Shown: positions 60,251 through 64,000 of the stretch, in pieces
Position numbering within the stretch: the stretch's first letter is position 1
How the letters are laid out: every line of letters starts with the position of its first letter
From: Gemmatimonadota bacterium
GTDB taxonomy: Bacteria; Gemmatimonadota; Gemmatimonadetes; Gemmatimonadales; GWC2-71-9
Reading direction: 5' to 3'
DNA length: 64,000 nt
NCBI GenBank assembly: GCA_039586815.1
Contig: JBDHJR010000007.1
Location: 1,844 to 65,843, forward strand
The notes under the pieces: model-generated
The model's input: only the letters and a program-made list of their open reading frames with translations
What the model was told of the DNA's origin: nothing
Databases searched by the model: none
Translations under genes and position numbers: made by a program

Positions 60251-61480
60251 TCAGTCACGCCCTCCCGGCTCCTGTGCTTCGGCGAGATTCTTGAGAAAGA
60301 CCGACAGATCCCGCATTTCGTCGCCTTCGAACAGCGGCCACTCCGCATGTTGGAGCTGCGACTGGTCGTACATGGCCGGGGCATGGTCCCACATGGCCGT
60401 GGCGAGTCCGAGCGGCGTCCGGACCGCCTGCGACTCGGATAGGTCGGGTCCGGCCGCCGACTCGCTGCCGCTGGTGTGGCAGGTCGAGCATCCTTTGCTG
60501 CCGAACAGCGCCTCGCCCCGCCGCACGTCACCCCCCATCTCATTGAACCGCAGGTAGTACAGGAACGCGATCACGTCGGCCATTTCGGTTCCTTGGAACC
60601 GCGGAAACGAAATACCCCGACCGCGCATGACCTGGGCCATCTGCGACGCGTGGTTCCACAGCGTCCCCGCGATCTCGGAAACCCGCAGCCGTTGCGTCGC
60701 CGTGCGCAGGTCCGGGCCGAATGCCGTCCCGCTACCATCCGGTCCGTGGCAGGCGACACATCCTTTCGTCGTGAACAGCCGTCGACCCGTGTTGGGGTCT
60801 GGCGGCGTGAGGAACACCAGGTCGCGTCCCCGCAGCGAAGAACGCTCTCGGATGTACGCCTGGATGTCCGCCATCTCTCGCCCGAGGAAGGTGGGCATCG
60901 GGACCCGCTCCACCGATAGCTGCGCTCGCATACTGGCCCAGTGGTTCCACATCCCCTGGGCAAGCACGATCGGTGCGACATAGCGAGCGTAGTCGTCGAG
61001 CGCAGGACCGCCATTCCCGCCTTCACCGCCCACGGCGTGACATGCTGCGCAGCGCTGTTCCCGGTACCACCGCTCGCCGAGCCCGGGGTCTCCCGGCTCG
61101 TCGAACAGCTTCACGTAATAGATGTAACTGATGATGTCAGCGAGCTCCGCCTCCGTGAAGGTGGTCCACTGGAATCCCCTCTCTCTCACGGTCTGTATCA
61201 TCCTCGGCGTGTGGTTCCAGAACACCCCCGCCAGTTGCTGCAGGCTCCGACCGGCTCCGACCAGCGCGAAGTCGGGACCCAGGTTGCCGCCATTCCCCCA
61301 GATGGCGTGGCACCGCACACAGCCCCGCTCGACGAACAGGCGCCGACCGGCAATTGGGTCGCCCGGAATCGACTCGGTTGACTGTGCATGGGTGCTCGGC
61401 GCGCCGGTCATGGTGAGCCAGGCGAGGGCTCCCACGACCCGCAACCACGGATGTTTCACACAACGAAGAGGAGGCATCAT
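60251..61480 (-). CDS. Cytochrome c with four tandem class-I monoheme domains (paralog of 58994-60250)
   Basis: Signal …VVGALAWLTMTGAPSTHAQ. Heme motifs CVRCH, CAACH, CVACH, CSTCH, each followed by GPDL…(M/F)WNH…M and …E(L/M)ADI(I/Q)(S/A)Y(I/L)…. Confidence 0.8.
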   Translation of the reverse strand: MMPPLRCVKHPWLRVVGALAWLTMTGAPSTHAQSTESIPGDPIAGRRLFVERGCVRCHAIWGNGGNLGPDFALVGAGRSLQQLAGVFWNHTPRMIQTVRERGFQWTTFTEAELADIISYIYYVKLFDEPGDPGLGERWYREQRCAACHAVGGEGGNGGPALDDYARYVAPIVLAQGMWNHWASMRAQLSVERVPMPTFLGREMADIQAYIRERSSLRGRDLVFLTPPDPNTGRRLFTTKGCVACHGPDGSGTAFGPDLRTATQRLRVSEIAGTLWNHASQMAQVMRGRGISFPRFQGTEMADVIAFLYYLRFNEMGGDVRRGEALFGSKGCSTCHTSGSESAAGPDLSESQAVRTPLGLATAMWDHAPAMYDQSQLQHAEWPLFEGDEMRDLSVFLKNLAEAQEPGGRD

Positions 61481-61496
61481 CTGTCTCTCACGACGG

Positions 61497-62843
61497 CTAG
61501 AATCCGGTCGAGCTCGAGTACCTCGCCACCCGCTCGGCCACTTCCTGCACGGCCTCTCGCCCTTCCTTAATCTCCCAGATCGAGACGATCGGCACGAACT
61601 TTGTGGCGACCATGTAGAGTAGGACGAACCCAGAGAACGTCGCGGACATGATGGAGAACTCGATCCACGACGGCAGATAGTGACCGATGGACTCGACCTC
61701 CCAGCGTGGATTGACTGACGTGGGAACCACGATGTTATACCGCTCGAGCCACATGCCGATCACCACGGCAATGCTGGCGATGAGCGTGCCGCGTGGTGTC
61801 CGGGTCGACGGCCGCGCCATGAGGGTCAGTGGGATCACGAAGCAACCCGCGACCATGAGCCAAAACGGTATGGCAAATGGGCCGGTCAGCTTCGCCCAGA
61901 AAGTGCGCATCTCGCCCGGCTCACCGCCATAGAAGGCCGTCAGATACTCCGCGAACGTGAAGTAGAACCACAGCACGCTGAACACGAGCAGCATGCGCCC
62001 GAGGTAGTCGAAGTGAATATCCTTGAAGTAGCCCTCGAGGCCGTACGCCTTTCGCAAGATCACCATCGCGATCAGGATCGCCGCGATTCCGGAGTAGATC
62101 GCCCCCATGACGAAGTAGGGTCCGAAGATGGTGCTGTGCCACATCGGTCGCAGCGTCATCGCAAAGATCCAGCCAATCACCGTGTGCACCGACACCGCGA
62201 TGGGAATCACGACGATCGACAAGACTCCGATGGTACGCTCCAGTCGCCAGCGCTGTACGGGCGTACCCCTATACCCGATGGCCAGAAACCTGTAGAGGCG
62301 CGGAGCCTTGATTCCCGAGTCACGAATGATCGCCAGGTCCGGGATCATCGGGACGTAGAGGTAGATCGTGCAGGCCGTGAAATAGAGCCCGATGCTGATC
62401 ACGTCCCACAGCAGTGGGGAACGGAGCTGGGCATGGAACAACACATTGAGCACACGGTCGGGCCGCCCCAAGTCGATGATCGGCTGGATCGCGCCGAACC
62501 CGATGACGAGCACGGTGATCAGCTCCGCCGATCGGGTGATCGCCCGTCTCCACTCCGCCTTGCTGACCCGAAGGATGGCGGAGATCAGCGTACCAGCGTG
62601 GCTGATACCGATGAAGAACACGAAGCAGATGATGTAGATGCCCCAGTAGCCTGGCCGGTTCAATCCGGTGCGGCCGAGACCGTGGCGGACCTGCAGGTAG
62701 TAGGCGAAGACGCCCCAGAGGGTGACGGCGACCAGGATGGCCGCCACGACGTAGAACCCACGCGAAGTCTCCACGAGAGGCCGCAAGAGCACGCGCTCGT
62801 CGGGCGGCAGGCCGTCCAGTTTGGCCTTCACGTCCTCACGCAT
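61497..62843 (-). CDS. NrfD/PsrC/ActC-family quinone-interacting membrane subunit
   Basis: 448 aa, ~10 TM helices. …GLNRPGYWGIYIICFVFFIGISHAGTLISAILRVSKAEWRRAITRSAELITV… is the characteristic NrfD-family N-terminal block. It lies 1 nt downstream of the FeS subunit gene. Confidence 0.85.
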   Translation of the reverse strand: MREDVKAKLDGLPPDERVLLRPLVETSRGFYVVAAILVAVTLWGVFAYYLQVRHGLGRTGLNRPGYWGIYIICFVFFIGISHAGTLISAILRVSKAEWRRAITRSAELITVLVIGFGAIQPIIDLGRPDRVLNVLFHAQLRSPLLWDVISIGLYFTACTIYLYVPMIPDLAIIRDSGIKAPRLYRFLAIGYRGTPVQRWRLERTIGVLSIVVIPIAVSVHTVIGWIFAMTLRPMWHSTIFGPYFVMGAIYSGIAAILIAMVILRKAYGLEGYFKDIHFDYLGRMLLVFSVLWFYFTFAEYLTAFYGGEPGEMRTFWAKLTGPFAIPFWLMVAGCFVIPLTLMARPSTRTPRGTLIASIAVVIGMWLERYNIVVPTSVNPRWEVESIGHYLPSWIEFSIMSATFSGFVLLYMVATKFVPIVSIWEIKEGREAVQEVAERVARYSSSTGF

Positions 62844-62844
62844 G

Positions 62845-63528
62845 TTACCCCCTCGCTCGCAGGTAGTAGACCTTGGGCTGCGTTCCCAGATCCTCCATCA
62901 ACCGCATCACACGTGGATCCTCCTTGAGCTCGGCCACCCGATGGGTCGGATCGTCGAGGTCGCCGAAGACGATGGCACCGGTGGGACAGATCTCGGCGCA
63001 CGCCGGCTGATAGTCGTCCTCCCGCAGCTCGCGCCCTTCGGCGCGGGCGTCCTCCCGTGCGTGCTGCAGCCGGTGGTGGCAGAAGGTGCACTTCTCGATG
63101 ACGCCCTTGGACCGCACCGACACGTCCGGATTGAGATGCTGGCGCTCGGATTCGGCCCACTCGGGTCCGTACCAGTTGAAGTACTTGACCAGGTAGGGGC
63201 ACGCGTTGGCACAGTAGCGGCATCCGATGCAGCGCGGATAGATCTGACCGACGACCCCCTCGTCGCTGATGTACGTCGCCTCAACCGGACACACCTTGAT
63301 GCAGGGGGGGTTGTCACAATGCATGCAGGGACGAGGGTAGAAGTGCATGGCCGTGTGGGGGAACTCTCCCTCCACATGCGCCGTCACCTTCATCCAGGCG
63401 ATGGTGCGTCCCATCTCCGCCTGCTCGGGCGAGACCGTCGGGATGTTATTCTCGCTCTTACACGCCACCTCGCACGCGGCACAGCCCGTGCAACGGTCGA
63501 GGTCGATCACCATGCCCCATCGCGTCAT
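62845..63528 (-). CDS. 4Fe-4S ferredoxin-type subunit (PsrB/NrfC/ActB2-like)
   Basis: The ATG at 63528 gives MTRWGMVIDLDRCTGCAACEVACKSEN…, …CMHCDNPPCIKVCP…, …RCIGCRYCANACPY…, …KCTFCHHRL…ACAEICPTGAIVFGD. These are four Cys clusters in the arrangement of CISM-family beta subunits. I rejected the 5' extension in the track because it overlaps the upstream gene's 3' end. Confidence 0.9.
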   Translation of the reverse strand: MTRWGMVIDLDRCTGCAACEVACKSENNIPTVSPEQAEMGRTIAWMKVTAHVEGEFPHTAMHFYPRPCMHCDNPPCIKVCPVEATYISDEGVVGQIYPRCIGCRYCANACPYLVKYFNWYGPEWAESERQHLNPDVSVRSKGVIEKCTFCHHRLQHAREDARAEGRELREDDYQPACAEICPTGAIVFGDLDDPTHRVAELKEDPRVMRLMEDLGTQPKVYYLRARG

Positions 63529-63542
63529 CGTTCCCGCACCCC

Positions 63543-64000
63543 TCACGCCCTCTCGAGGCGTATGAAGGTGGAATACCAGTTCGACAACCCCGTCAGCGAA
63601 TCGCTCGACGGCTCGAGCACCTGGAGAGGATTGGCCGACTCTCCCTCGGGGGATTGCAGCCGGTAGGGTGCACACACGTTTTCCGCGGCGGTACCCGGAA
63701 AGATCTTGAGGCGCGCACGATACCGGCCCCGTCGGGACGTCACCCACACCATCGTGCCGTCGGCCAAACCCATCGCCGCAGCTGTGGCGGGCGCAACTTC
63801 CACCCAAGGCGCCCAATGCACCTCGGGGAAGAGACCGGGCTGCTCCACGAGCCACCGCTCGAACGCCAGTGTGCCCGACGCGAGGGTCGAGACTCGGTAC
63901 GGCATGAGCCGAAGCGGGAACTGGTCCTCGGCAATCGTTGCCTCTGCCGCCACATCGATGTACGGCGTCCGGTCTCCGCCCTCCGCATCGATCGCGCGCA
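63543..64000 (-). CDS. Molybdopterin-oxidoreductase-family large subunit, C-terminal part (gene continues beyond the right edge)
   Basis: The frame is open to the window edge. …FPLRLMPYRVSTLASGT…NPWLVEQP-like…VEVAPATAAAMGLADGTMVWVTSRRGRYRARLKIFPG… is the typical C-terminal molybdopterin-dinucleotide-binding beta-barrel domain of Psr/Phs/Ttr/ActB1-type subunits. The catalytic region is outside the window. Confidence 0.7.
   Translation of the reverse strand, partial: RAIDAEGGDRTPYIDVAAEATIAEDQFPLRLMPYRVSTLASGTLAFERWLVEQPGLFPEVHWAPWVEVAPATAAAMGLADGTMVWVTSRRGRYRARLKIFPGTAAENVCAPYRLQSPEGESANPLQVLEPSSDSLTGLSNWYSTFIRLERA

Overview
GC-rich chromosomal segment (roughly two-thirds G+C by eye, not computed) from a diderm, Gram-negative-type bacterium. 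It has outer-membrane beta-barrels, lipoprotein lipoboxes and Tat signals. The lineage cannot be assigned from sequence alone. I found no rRNA, tRNA, CRISPR array, transposase, integrase or phage genes.

Coding is dense, and many long antisense 'shadow' ORFs appear, as is typical of high-GC DNA.

Left third (1-17.5 kb), mostly housekeeping or envelope genes:
- cysS fragment
- an ABC-type operon with a small secreted Cys-rich peptide
- AI-2E transporter and pspA, preceded by an unusual tandem array of six PspB-like mini-genes
- uvrA
- a translationally coupled cutA/TPR/macro-domain/transglutaminase/ABC operon
- a TPR membrane protein

The rest is dominated by c-type cytochrome biology:
1. 18.7-27.4 kb: a porin-cytochrome-like cluster with 31 CxxCH motifs in 4 proteins, an outer-membrane barrel and two flanking NHL beta-propeller lipoproteins.
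2. 27.5-31.1 kb, immediately upstream on the same strand: a System I maturation module, ccmE-ccmF-ccmH-like plus a zinc-ribbon protein. Its CcmE carries the rare Cys-for-His (CxxxY) heme-binding variant.
3. 40.8 kb to the right edge: a 23-kb block of 17 genes, all on the minus strand, with about 102 CxxCH motifs in 10 proteins. In transcription order it encodes:
   - an ACIII/Psr-like molybdopterin-FeS-NrfD module
   - two tandem 4x-monoheme cytochromes
   - a canonical Rieske/cytochrome b complex with a nonaheme partner
   - a second cytochrome b complex whose 'Rieske' subunit has lost all four 2Fe-2S ligands and whose cytochrome b lacks PEWY
   - an ImcH-like NapC/NirT-headed 21-heme protein
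   - two tandem CbcL-like multiheme-c::diheme-b fusions (11 and 19 hemes)
   - an outer-membrane barrel translationally coupled to a dodecaheme
   - an internally duplicated tetraheme

I read block 3 as a candidate, apparently undescribed, quinol-to-outer-surface (extracellular) electron-transfer supercluster.

Between the cytochrome regions lie glpK, an orphan hypB, mtnA, ggt, a DinB-family gene, an SQR-TusE/DsrC-DsrE sulfur module, a nitroreductase, a cyclophilin and an ATL-type alkyltransferase-like gene.

All calls come from reading the translations. No database search was run.
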